The notes beneath the pieces were generated by a model. The model was not told where the DNA came from. It did no database searches and saw only the letters and a list, made by a program, of their open reading frames with translations. Shown piece by piece: positions 40,585-53,800 of a stretch of 64,000 nt of DNA (position 1 is its first letter; each line of letters begins with the position of its first letter). Origin of the DNA: Lytechinus pictus (taxonomy: Eukaryota); assembly GCF_037042905.1 (NCBI RefSeq), contig NC_087245.1, positions 37,698,001 to 37,762,000 of the forward strand, in the 5' to 3' direction. Made by a program: the position numbers and the translations under genes.

Positions 40585-40999
40585 CTTGAATGGAACACTG
40601 GTATTTATCAAGCACAAAAATATGACTGACAAACTATACTACTCATTGAGTGGTACTCAATGAAATCGATAAGATTTTATAGTTACTGCGCTTCGAATTG
40701 GAAGGACGTTCTTTGATTCTGACTAAGGAAACCTTCAGTCCCGGATTTTCTTCCGATCAATTATCCGGTATCCGACCGTTTTAGCCACGACATGGCATCG
40801 GGTAGTTGAGCAACTTATGTGCAATTCGCGAGCCGAAATTTTAATATTTAGACCATAAAACAGAAAGTTTTACAGTGCACTTTTTAAAAATCAATTTGTA
40901 AATCAAACAAAATAATGAAAGTTCGATACCCGAGCTGAAATATGTTTTCTATGTTGACTTCAAATTTTGATATCTCAAGCTCCATATTGATATGTAAAT

Positions 41000-41149
41000 C
41001 AGGGGCCGCGGAACGGTTTTCAAAGTGGGGGGGCTGACCATGCTAAAAATCACAATCATATGGTCATTTTTACGTTTTTGCACACGGTTTTTGAAAAAAG
41101 TGGGGGGGCTGAAGCCCCCCCAGCCCCCCCCCCGGTTCCGCGGCCCCTG
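41000..41149. mobile_element. 150-bp MITE with 5-bp TSD
   Basis: TIR caggggccgcggaac; taaat duplicated at 40995-40999 and 41150-41154. Confidence 0.75.
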
Positions 41150-42626
41150 TAAATCACCTAACAGGCAATGTGAGCACGAAGCGCGAGCGATTTTTTTTTA
41201 TAGTGACATGAAAGATTTTAAAAGTTATTTTCTTAGTCTTCTCCTCATCTCATTTTATTCACTCGTCTTCCTCTTCTTGTGTTTCCCCTTCTTTTTTGTT
41301 CTCCTCTCTTTTCCCTTCTTAATTTTTCTTTTTTTTCTTTCTTCCCCCCCCCTTTTTCTTTTTTTTTGCTCAGCCAATTGGGGGGGGGGGGGCACATGTA
41401 TGTTGTAATTGTTATCTCTAAAATTGTATTTTGTTGTATAATCCCTTGCCTCTGTATCATATTTTTAAATAGAGTTTTATCATGTTAAATGTATGATTTT
41501 ATTTTAGATGCAAATAAAAGGCCATATCGGCCAATTAATCAAAAATAGGAAAGTTATGACATTTTAAAATTTTGCCTAATTTCACAAAAAGAGTGCACAT
41601 GCATCAGTCGGTATGCAAATGAGGGTCCTGACTTCTGATGACATCACTCACTAGTATTTTATTAAATGAAATATTCTCATTTTCTCCTCATTGAAAGGTG
41701 AAGCAAGCTTTTTTCCTCCATGAACATCGACAATTGCAATTTTTTTAATATGTTATGGTTATGGTCAGTGGCGTACCTAGATTTTGCACAGGGGGGGGGG
41801 GGGGGGCAAAACCGTGCGCCAAAAAATTTGACAAGCAAAAAAACCATAACCACGCTAGTGGTTATGGTTCAGTCAAGCTGGTACATATTATTGTCAAATC
41901 TGTAAAAAATGAAACATTGTTGAATTCAAACAATAAAAAACAAAAGAAATAGTGAGTGAGGGACATCATCGACTCTCTCATTTGCATGTCACTGAATTGT
42001 GCTGTTTTGTGAAACTGTTTGGTGAACTGATTTGTGAAAAATAACGAAACTTTAAAATGCCATAACTTTCTTATTTTACATCCGATTTTGATGAAATTTT
42101 AAGTGTTATTCTTGTTTGATTTTTCTCTATTGAGTCAAATCAACATTTTTATGGGGTGGACATGACCTTAAAGGTCAAGTCCACCCCAGTAAAATGTTAA
42201 TAGGGGGGAGCACAGTAGGCCCGTGCCCCCCCCCCCCCCTTTGGGAGCCATAATCAAAATTTGTAATGTAAATATACAATTTTTACTCAAGAAGTGTGCC
42301 CCGGCCCGTGCACCTTTTGAAAGTGAGGACCTATTTTTTTGCTTGTCAAATTTTATGTGGACGAAATGACCTTCAATTTTAGGTGAAGACCTTTTTTTTT
42401 AAATTTTGGTTGTCAATTTTTCATTGGGAAAATTCCTTCGGTCCCTTTGGAAAATCCTGGAACCAAGCCCCTGGGCCTGGGGGATGGCATTCGTTTTAAA
42501 GATCTACTCCCTAGCTGCAGCAATACCCTTTAAGTTCTCTAAAATATAAGAAAATTAATAGCTGAGCTTTAATTTGGAAACATAGTGGTCTTTGGTAGTA
42601 CCTAACACACCAAAGTTTGAAACCCG

Positions 42627-43655
42627 GGGCCCGTTTCTCAACACCTGGACAAGTTAGTCATATCTTTATCCACCAACCACGGAGTTAGTTCCAATCTTAC
42701 TAAACCCGTTTCACGAAGGGCTTCCTAACTAGAATCCCTTGATATCGATACTATCGGTAGAAAGAGCAGACGAGACGTAGCCTTAGTCACAAAATAGCAT
42801 AATTTTTGAAAAGCAAAAATGTGATAAAACTGCAATTATTGTGATTAATTTGGAAATACATCTAATAAAAATTATAGCAGAGGCAAAATATGAACCATGC
42901 ATACTTAAACCATGAAGACTTGAGCATCTAATTGCTGAGAAAATCAAATTATGAATATATCATTTCATGACTAAAAAATCACATGGGGACAATGAGATGG
43001 GTATCCCCGGGATAGTAAATTTTGATAGTTTACGAAAGTAAACCACAATTGTTATCTTTGTAAAATAATGATAATTATACGTTTATTTATGGTTCCAAAC
43101 ATCATCAAAATATAGTTTAAATTAATTTTTTTTTTTTTTTACATACCGAAACACACGATTTGACAAATTCTTTGCATAAATTAGAGATAGAATTTATCAA
43201 AAATGTTGATAAGTGTTTGAAAACGACGAATACGAGTCCAGTTATGGATGACCTGCCGTGGTAGAATCTTTATCGATTCAATTACTTTACTATTTTAAAA
43301 TGAGTGGTTTTGTTGCGTTTTACCAACAGTTTTGATAGTTTCTGTGCATAACAATTATTATTGAATGATCTATCACACCTGTTTTGCAATGTAATTTAAA
43401 CTTCTATGAATGATTACGTAAGATTACAATTGTCAAATTTCGAGGCAATTTTGCATGTCATAGTCTACCCACGTGATGCCACTACGTCATTAAGAAAGAA
43501 GTTATGACAGGTTCGGAGGTGTCATAAATATTTAGTGAGGTTGTTGTACCCGATCTTGGTAAAGAGGGCTTCGTGAAACGGTTAGCGGACAAGTAGCTCA
43601 CTATCTCCGATTTAGTCAAGAAGTTAGACTTATGACGGTGTTGAGAAACGGGCCC
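42627..43655. mobile_element. 1-kb Harbinger-like non-autonomous element upstream of DAP
   Basis: TIR gggcccgtttctcaacacc / ggtgttgagaaacgggccc; 3-bp TSD ccg. Confidence 0.8.
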
Positions 43656-43869
43656 CCGGCCCCAAAGGGTGCAAGGGCCCCGTGTAGTGTTTTGTTTTTT
43701 TTACTACGGAAACATATGTTGATTACTTACCTCCAATATCTATTCTGTTTGCTTTCGTTACGTTTTCGCATGCAATTTTCGATGCGACGTGGCCGTGGAC
43801 AAACAACAAGCAAAGCAAAGACGAAGGTGAAACCTGTTAATATTTCCACGAATATTTGAGCTCATAATT

Positions 43870-46800
43870 ATGTCATCACCAGGAAAACCAGATTTAAAAG
43901 GTGGACATGCTCCTGCAGGTACGAAATTACTGTTTGGTCTGGTATTTTGAAAAGGGAATAAAACAGCTTGGGACAGCTATTTAGACTAACTAGCGCAGAC
44001 TCGCGTAGCCGTAGCTGAGTTGAAATCGTCAGAGTCGAGAGCATGAGCGCTCAGCCCGAGGCACAGCCAGAAACGGGGGGCATGAGAGCTGAGGCCCTGC
44101 CCCTGGCCTGGGCATGGCGTAGGCTTCGGTTGGCAGAGAGTGAGAGGAAGGGCTTCAAAGTGCAAACGAGGTTTGGTCATGGACGGGGTATTTATAATAT
44201 GCCTGAGCTGTATTTCATATGTTATGAGTGTTGCTGTGTGACTTGAGATGATCCTAAAAGTAAATAAAACTTTTAAAAGTAACTAAAAATGATTGTGAAT
44301 CATGTGAATGTGATGTGTGTGTGGGGCCGGGGGAGGGGGCTGATGAATCAGGGACAACTCGGACCACAGGACTGTCAGGACAACTCGGACCGTGGGCCGA
44401 GTTGTCCCACCCGTTTCGTGATTTTTTTTTCCACAAATTTGCGTCTATTTTTCCGTCATTTCGAAATTTCTTGTAAAGATTTTCTAGATGTATGGTCTGA
44501 TAGTAATGTTCTTCACTTTCTATTACTTTTTTTTCGCTGAAATAAATAAAAAAGTGTAATTTTAGGCGTTTTTCGACAGCTCGCGATTCCCATAGGCGCG
44601 CGTGTATTAACTGTGTAGGTGCTCGGCTCGGCCCCGCTCAACAACTGACTTGATTTTGTGATCATTTCTCCTCAAGTTACCACTTTTATCGCAGAAGATG
44701 GACTTTCTTGTATTCCATTAACTCCATTTTCTCATCAAAAGGATAAAATTTGGAGTATTTGCACGATTTTCTTAAAGTTTTTCACCTTTTCTCTCTGGTC
44801 GTAAGAAGCGAACAACCGATGAACGGTCCGCTGCTCTTCATCGCAATTCTACGTAGCTCGGCCGCCTAAACTGGCGGGGTGGGATTCAGCCCGAATCCCC
44901 AATGGAAGTGGGCGTGCACAGTCAAAGAGCTGAGCTTGACCGAGTGAGAGAGTGAACTACAGCTTGAAACTTGGCAGTGTCGTATAGGCTCTGCCTTTTT
45001 TTGTGTAAATAGATATATATATATATTTTTTTTTCTATATTGATTTTCCCTGGTGTAGAGCTTTAAGATTGTAATAATTTAATATGCTTTAATTTCTTTG
45101 ACTGAGTGTGACTGTGGTTAGGATGTTTGAGTCGCACAAAAAATACTTTTACGTGGGTGGGGGCTCGGGGCGATTTCACTCCTGCCCCCGAAATGTGAAA
45201 AAATATTCGTGTTGTAAATGTGTTGGCATGCCGGGCTGAGGGTAGCCATCAATAAAAAAAATATATTTTGGGGGCTTAATTTTTTAATCAAATTGATTAA
45301 TTTTAGGCCTATTTATTTTTTTTACATTTTATTTTTGTTTTCATATTGAGTTTCTCTGGTGTAGAGAGCTGAGTTTTAAGTTGCAATAATCAATATGCTT
45401 CAATTTCTTTGACTTTGAGTGTGACTGTGGTCTGGATGTTTGAGTCGCACAAAAAATACTTTTACGTGGGTGGGGGCTCGGGACGGTTCACTCCTGCCCC
45501 CGAAATGTGAAAAATATTTAACGTGTAGCTGTGTTGGCATGCCGGGCTGAGGGAAGCCATCAATAATTTTTTTTTTTTTTTGGGGGGGGGGCTTAATTTT
45601 TAATCAAATTGATTATTTTTAGGCCTATTAATTTTTTTTTTACATTTTATTTTTATTTTTTATATTGAGTTTCCCTGGTGTAGAGAGCTGAGTTTTAAGT
45701 TGCAATAATCAATATGCTTCAATTTCTTTGACTCTTGAGTGTGACTGTGGTGTGGATTTTTGAATTGCACAATAAATACTTTCATGTGGGTGGGGGCTCG
45801 GGGCGATTTCACTCCTGCCCCCGAAATGTGAAAAAATATTTGGGGTGTAGCTGTGTGGGCATGCTGGGCAGTGCTGAGGGTAGCCATCAATAAAAAAATG
45901 TTTCATTGGGGCTTACTTTTTTAATGGAACTATAATTATTTTTAGGCCTATTTAATTTTTATATAAATTTCATTTTTATATTGAGTTTCCCTGGTGTAGA
46001 GAGCTGAGTTTTGGAGATGACGAGAGGGACGAGGAGGTGAGGGATGGCAATAGGGATGAGGATCTTTGATGAGAGGGGTGCATGGAGATGGTGAGAGGGA
46101 CGAGGATGTGAGGGATGGGGATTATCATGGGAAGAAATCCCAGGGGGGGGGACGTGTCCCCCTACCAAAAATAGTAAGGGGGACACAATATCAAATGTCC
46201 ACCCTACTATTTTTCTTCTTGAATAATGGAGAACAAATACATCATTCACAATCGAAATAATAAATGTATTTAGGACTAAATGACCTTATATTTTTGAAAA
46301 CCCTTTTTTTTCTTGTCAATTGTTTTGGGGTTAAAAAATGACCCTATATTTTGGGCGATAACCTTTTTTTTTAATGCTTAATTGTCAAATTTTCCAGCCC
46401 TTGATCTCCCCTACCTTTGGGGACAGATTTCCGCCCATGGCGATGATGATAGGGATGAGGATGATGGGGAGGGATGGGGATGAAGGTGAAAAGCCGGCAG
46501 AGATAGATAGATTTAAGAAGAAAAATCCGTCCGACGAATGCCTTCATGTTATGTGATGAAAAATCATACTAGGCCTTACAAGTATTTGGGTTACATTGAA
46601 AGAAAATAAGGGTAATCTTTTTTTTCCAATTATCAATAAATTAAATTCTTTATTCAATAAAAATGACGAATTTATGATTTTGAATTTCATTTCTTTTACA
46701 TATTATGTGGTTTTTCTTTTTGATTAAATTTATTATGTTACTTTTTTTCATCACTACATCATGATTTTTGTCTCACCTGAATAGCAGAGTGAGACTATAT

Positions 46801-47793
46801 AGGCGCCGCTTTTCCGACGGCAGCGTCAACATCAAATCTTAAAGGGATGGTCCGGGCTGAAAGTATTTATAGCTAAATAAATAGAGTAGTATGCACTGAG
46901 CAAAATGCCGAAAATTTCATCAAAATCGGATAACAATTAACAAAGTTATTGAATTTTAAAGTTAAACAATATTTTGTGAAAACAGTCGTCATGAATATTC
47001 ATTAGGTGGGCTGATGATGTCACATCCCCACTTGTTCTTTTGTATTTTATTAGATGAAATTAAGGTTTATTCAAATGTTTTCCTCCAAGAACTAGAAAAA
47101 TTGGATTGACAACTGATTTAGTGCATTAGATATTTATTGCTGCAACTTATTTCATTATAAGGGAGACATATTATTCACACAAGAATGAAATAATGAAAAA
47201 AAATATGATTTATGTAATAACATAAGAAAATGGAAAGTGGGGATGTGACATCATCAGCCCACCTTGTGAATATTCATGACGCAGAGGCGTCGATCATGGG
47301 GGGGCAGGGGGGCAACCGCCCCACCAATGAAAATATTGGGGGGGCAAACATATCGTTTTGCCCCCCCAATAATTTCGCATGTGCAAAAAATAAAATAAGA
47401 TTGTAATGTTACACAGAAATCAGCAAGCGAGATTGAGATACACAACTCGTTCTTCATCTAAAATCGTGCTCAAAATGTCCGGTTTTCAGATTGGGAATAT
47501 AAAAAATTTCAGCTCGCGCTTCGCGCTCGCATCATTTCTGTAGCAAAAACCCATACTTTTCATGATTGAATAGGTGAACAGAATGTCCCGTTTTCAGTTC
47601 TATACCTCAAAAGAACCCCCACTTCGATTTGCAATAATCTTTTGTTGGATATATTTCTTGTTCTTTATTAAAAACGTCAATTAAACTCTTTTTTTTAAGA
47701 TCAAAATATCAAATTTTTCAGCTCGCGCTTCGCATCTATTATTATTATTATTTTTTTTTAATTTAATTTGTTGGTGAGATGTGTGTGTGTGTG

Positions 47794-47835
<42 letters not shown>

Positions 47836-50800
47836 CATATAGGCATTTGTGTGTGTGCGTGTGTTTGAGTCTGTTTGTTTTGTGTGATCGAGCGCCTTTG
47901 GAAAGATGATTCATGATTTGGCCCCCCCAATCTGAAAAATGGATCGACGCCCCTGTCATGACGACTGTTTTTACAAAATATTGCTAAACTTTTAACTTCA
48001 ATAACTTTATTATTTGTTAACCGATTTTGATGAAATTTTCGGCATTTTGCTCAGTGAATTCTACTCTATGTATTAATATATAATTATTTTCAGCCCGGAC
48101 CATCCCTTTAACTGAAGGTTGTAAGTTTCTGAAATGACAGCATAACTTAGAAAGTATTTGGACATAGTTCATGAAACTTGGACAATCAAGTATCACTGAA
48201 CATCCTGCAGCAAGTTTCAGGTCACATGATTAAGGTCAAAGGTCAATGAACTTTGGCCATTTGGGGGTATTTGTTGAATAACTAATTTTGAATAACTATT
48301 TTATAGTAGTTTTCAAAGTCAGCACTGCTCCCGGGAACTGCTGCTATATTGAATCGTGTAATGCAGGTGAGACTGCCAGAGACGTTTCACTTGTTGTATG
48401 TACAGGGCTCTCTTTTAACTCAGTTTTTTTTTAATTGAAGAGACCACTCTTTCTCTAGAAAACGCTTTTCTAATGTTTTCAAGTTCAGGCCAGTCTAGAG
48501 TGGGGATTCCACTGGAATGTCCATGCAAACTATGCTCAGTGTATTGATTTTGAATATTTAGTATTTAATACTTTATTCGTTTCTTTCCTCTGTTACTTTT
48601 TTACCGTTTTTTTTTAATCTACGATTTATTCAAAGATGTACAGTGGCGTCAAATTCGTCCGCCAAAAAAATTGACAAGCAAAAAAAGGTCTTCAAGTTCA
48701 AAGGAGCGGGCCAGGTATCAGTTTTGACTCGTCAGGGGGGGGGGGGCAGTCTGCCCCCCGTAGGTACGCTAGTGGATATGTTCTTTTTCTTCTACTTTCT
48801 TTTGTTATATATTTTGTAAAGATTTTTTTATCTCATTTTATACATTGAAAGAAGGAATTTGAATTTGATGGTTTACATAACCTTGTTAAAAGAAAAACAA
48901 ATCTTCAAATAATCATAGAATGTAGTGCGCATTAAACTGCACGTCCTTAAATTATGTTATGTTTAAATCTAGAAGGATCATCTTCATTTGAAAAAGTAAA
49001 TAGGTTAGATTTTGTATTATGTTTGGAAGTTCAATTTCATTTGCAGTCAGATGATATAAGATTGATATTATTTTCTTGTGAACAAATAACAAATTCACAA
49101 ACAATTTATTTTAAAGAATGCATTGATTAATACTGTCAAGGAGGTATTTTTTCTACTTAAGTGAAAAAGAATTTGTCTAGAATGTGGTAAATGCTCTAGC
49201 CCATCTGGATGCCATTATTTTGATGATGTGATATTACTTTTGATGTCTTGGAAATATATGATATTTGGATAATAAAACTGTATTATTACTGTAAATGAAA
49301 TTACAAATTTTCTTGATTTCATATTTTGTTCCTCTAAAATATTTTCCTTCTTAACTTAGCGATGTCTAGCAACGTGGTCGGAACGTCTGAAGGCACGGCT
49401 AGGTTTTCTGGATCATTCATGGCTAGTCCGTCAAGTTATTCTGTCATGCTAGTAATGCAACCTAGTCCAGCTTGACGTACCGAAACATGCTAGTTCAGCA
49501 ACCTAGTCCAGCTTGGTGGACTAACATCATGTTAGTCCAGCAGCAAGACTAACTTGAAGTTAGTCCAAGTGGGCACCATTTGGACCAACTTAAAACTAGT
49601 CAATAACTAGTCGAGCGACTAGCTATATGTTAGTCCAGCTCACTGGACTAACCAATAACTAGTTGCTGGACTAGCATCAAACTAGTCAGGCTTGCATGAC
49701 TAACGTTAAACTGGTCGCTTGACTAGGAACATGCTAGTCAACCGACTAATGAAAGGCTAGTCTAGCAAGATGGACTAAGCAAAACTAGTCCATCATGCTA
49801 GTCCAGCAAAGCAGACTAACTTAAAGCTAGTCCAGGTGGGCACCATTTGGACTAACTTTAAGCTAGTCTGGCGACCAATTTTGGTTTTCAGTGTAGAATG
49901 GGTGATATTCTATTCAAAGAAAAACAAAAACAACATCACTCCAAAGGAACTGCAAAAATTATTTGATAAAAACAAAACCCTCTTCATAGTTGCTCTTTGC
50001 AATATCGTATTGACCACCCTTCTCCTGTTTTTAAAACCCAGACAAGTATGATTTGTTGCTACCCCCCCCTTCCATGTACCTGTCATTTCTTTGTATTTTC
50101 CCTCTTTTTCTTTGTTTTTTCTATTGATCGATGTATCAGTGTTTAGTATTGTTGTCTTTTTTTATACCAGTAATAGAATATAAATTTAATTGAAATGAGA
50201 GTGATGAACATAATGAGAAAGGGAGACAATGATAAGATAAGAATGGATATAAAATATTACAATTTACAGAATATAACATATACATGTATATTTCTATTTA
50301 TTCAAAGTTCACAATTCATTTTTATTCAGGTTTACATTTAAAATTTAAACAAGGTAATTAAGTGATTAAGTGATGCATTTTGGAACAATACTAAATTAAA
50401 TACATTTTATATTGAATAAACAATAATTGGTAAAAATACAAAACACAAAACTTCTAACTCTATTCTTTCCTCCTGTAAAAAATTACAAACTAAATGAAAT
50501 GGACATTAGTTCCATGGCAAATCGGGGGGGGGGGGGGGGGGGGCACATTCCGCCCCCCCCCCTTGAGAGGTACTCAAAAGGCAACTGCTTGTCAAATTTT
50601 TCCTGGGAAAAAAATTATGATTTGGTAGTGAAGACCTTTTGTCAAAAAATTCCTATACAAAATGCCCTCCGGCCCTGTAGGGAAATTTTGGATCCGCCCT
50701 TGATTATATTTCAAATGGGAATAAGACCGAGTGGCCCTAAAACTTGATTGAAAAAAATATTCACAACTGCAGGGCAAGGCTTCAGTCTCCAAGCTCACGA

Positions 50801-53800
50801 CTGTGCAAGTACATCCACTTCCATTGGCAATTCCGGCTGAATTCCACCCTGGCAGCCTGACATCCACCCTTACCAAGAAATAAAATTAAAGAAAGTAAAT
50901 CAGGGAAAAACAAGGAATGGCACAATGAATTACATCAATTTATTTTAAATCCTGTAAAAAATAAAAATAAGTAATTAATTAATTTAATTAAAAATTAAGC
51001 CCCCAAATAAAACATTTTTTTATTGATGGCTACCCTCAGCCTGGCATGCCCACACAGATACACCTAGAACATTTTCACATTTCGGGGGCAGGAGTGAAAA
51101 TGCTCCGAGCCCCACATAAGTATTTTTTCCGTGACTCAAATTTCCACGCCACAAAGTCAAAGAAATTGAAGCAGGAGCATACGCAGGATTTTTTTAAAAG
51201 GGAGGGGGTTCAAGCTGAATGAAATGTTGATCAACAAAAGAAAAAAAAAGTTCTTTACCACCAATTTTAGGTCGTTTCCTCCCAAAATATTGACAAGCAA
51301 ACAAACAACCCCCCCCCAAAAAAAAAAAAAAATTAGGGGGCCGGGGAATGGGTATAAAATTTTTTTTAGGGTGATTGAACACCTGTAACCACCCCCTGCG
51401 TACGCCACCAAATTGAAGCATAATTATTGCAACTTAAATCTCAGCTCTACACCAGCGAAACTCAGTATAAAAAAAATAGACCTAAAAATAATTAGTTTAA
51501 TAAAAAATTAAGCCCCCAAATGAACATTTTTTATTGATGGCTACCCTCATCCCAACATGCCCACACAGCTACACCACGAATATTTTTTCACATTTCGGGG
51601 GCAGGAGTGAAATCGCCCTGAGCCCCCACCCACGTTAAAGTATATTTTGTGCAACTCAAACATCCATACCACAGTCACACTCAGTGTCAAAGAAATTGAA
51701 GCATATTAATTATTGCAACTTAAACTCAATATAAAAAAATAAAAAAAAAATTAAAAGAAAAATATAAAGGCCTAAAAGTAATCAATTTGATTAAAAATTA
51801 AGCCCCCCCCCAAAAAAATGTTATGGCTACCCTCAGCCCGGCATGCCAACACAGCTACACCACGAATATTTTTTCACATTTCGGGGGCAGGAGTGAAATC
51901 GCCCCGAGCCCCCACCCACGTTAAAGTATATTTTGTGCGACTCAAACATCCATACCACAGTCACGCTCAGAGTCAAAGAAATTGAAGCATATTAATTATT
52001 GTAACTTAAACTCCATATAAAAAAACAAAAATAAAATGTAAAAAAAATAAATAGGCCTAAAATTAATCAATTTGATTAAAAAATTAAGCCCCCAAAATAT
52101 TTTTTTTTTACTGATGGCTACCCTCAGCCCGGCATGCCAACACATTTACAACACGAATATTTTTTCACATTTCGGGGGCAGGAGTGAAATCGCCCCGAGC
52201 CCCCACCCACGTAAAAGTATTTTTTGTGCGACTCAAACATCCACACCACAGTCACACTCAGTCAAAGAAATTAAAGCATATTAAATTATTACAATCTTAA
52301 AGCTCTACACCAGGGAAAATCAATATAGAAAAATATATATATATATATATCTATTTACACAAAAAAAGGCAGAGCCTATACGACACTGCCAAGTTTCAAG
52401 CTGTAGTTCACTCTCTCACTCGGTCAAGCTCAGCTCTTTGACTGTGCACGCCCACTTCCATTGGGGATTCGGGCTGAATCCCACCCCGCCAGTTTAGGCG
52501 GCCGAGCTACGTAGGATTGCAATGAAGAGCAGCGGACCGTTCATCGGTTGTTCGCTTCTTACGACCAGAGAGAAAAGGTGAAAAACTTTAAGAAAATCGT
52601 GCAAATACTCCAAATTTTATCCTTTTGATGAGAAAATGGAGTTAATGGAATACAAGAAAGTCCATCTTCTGCGATAAAAGTGGTAACTTGAGGAGAAATG
52701 ATCACAAAATCAAGTCAGTTGTTGAGCGGGGCCGAGCCGAGCACCTACACAGTTAATACACGCGCGCCTATGGGAATCGCGAGCTGTCGAAAAACGCCTA
52801 AAATTACACTTTTTTATTTATTTCAGCGAAAAAAAAGTAATAGAAAGTGAAGAACATTACCATCAGACCATATCTCTAGAAAATCTTTACAAGAAATTTC
52901 GAAATGACGGAAAAATAGACACAAATTTGTGAAAAAAAAATATCGTAATGGGTGGGACATCTCGGCCCGCGGTCCGAGATGTCCCGTGGTCCGAGTTGTC
53001 CCGACCCCGGGCTGATGACGTGATCGAGTGATGCTGTAGTAGTACTACGGCTTACAGGCCTTGTCTTGAGGACTCCATGATGATGTTTTATAAAAATATT
53101 TTGACATAGATTTCTTCATCATGGAGTCTTGAATCCCCGTCCATACACTTGTTCACTGCAACCACCCTGCCTGTGGGGAATCTACAGGTTGGACTATGGC
53201 TAACCCATACTATGGCTTACCGTGTATTTGACCATACTCTCGGGACTAGGGTGATTTATGGTCTAAATATTTCTCCAAATGAATTGTGAAAACAGAAATT
53301 ATGCACTTACCTTGATTATATGGATGAAGGTCTAACGAGTGGCAGTTTCCTGACATCTGGGCACAGACTGGAACCTCAAAAAACGAAAAGTTCTCTCCTT
53401 CTACCCCCGTCTCGATCGGCCATTTTTGTTATGAATTGTAACAAAATGGCCGATCGAGACTGGGGTAGAAGGAGAGAACTTTTCATTTTTTTGAGGTTCC
53501 AGTTTGTGCCCAGCTGTCAGGAAACTGCCACTCGTTAGACCTTCATCCATATAATCGTGGTAATTTCTGTTTTCACAATTCATTTGGAGAAACATTTAGA
53601 CCATAAATCATCCTAGTCCTGTGAGTATGGTAAAATACACGGTAAGCCCCTGGGCTCCCGCAAGCTGCGCGGGCGGGAGCACCCTGGGTTAGACTATGGC
53701 ATGCCAATGCTGTACAGAGGTCAGAGCACACACTTTAAAAAATGATTAAAATATCACTTTTGTGACCAAAATTACTAATTTCCATACAGTTGCAATTAAT

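Larger units (their letters stand above)
46765..48395 (+). mobile_element. Helentron-associated (HINE/DINE-like) element, interrupted
   Basis: 5' tttttgtctcacctg and 3' subterminal caggtgagac inverted pair; ggtcaaaggtca motif; ends cttgtt; no TSD seen. Confidence 0.6.
44345..53008. mobile_element. 8.7-kb foldback (Mutator-like) element with long modular TIRs
   Basis: Left arm about 44345-46010 is the reverse complement of the right arm about 50890-53008. Each arm has terminal ggacaactcggacc repeats, a ~650-bp near-identical block and 3-4 tandem ~300-bp units. Direct repeat gggctgatga at 44337-44346 and 53009-53018. Confidence 0.9.

Noticed and set aside
46010..50890. Transposase gene inside the foldback loop
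   Set aside because: No long ORF or recognisable DDE motif; the loop is nested MITEs, a CTAG-rich repeat (about 49355-49875) and AT-rich DNA. TBLASTN with Mutator transposases would be needed to exclude decayed exons.
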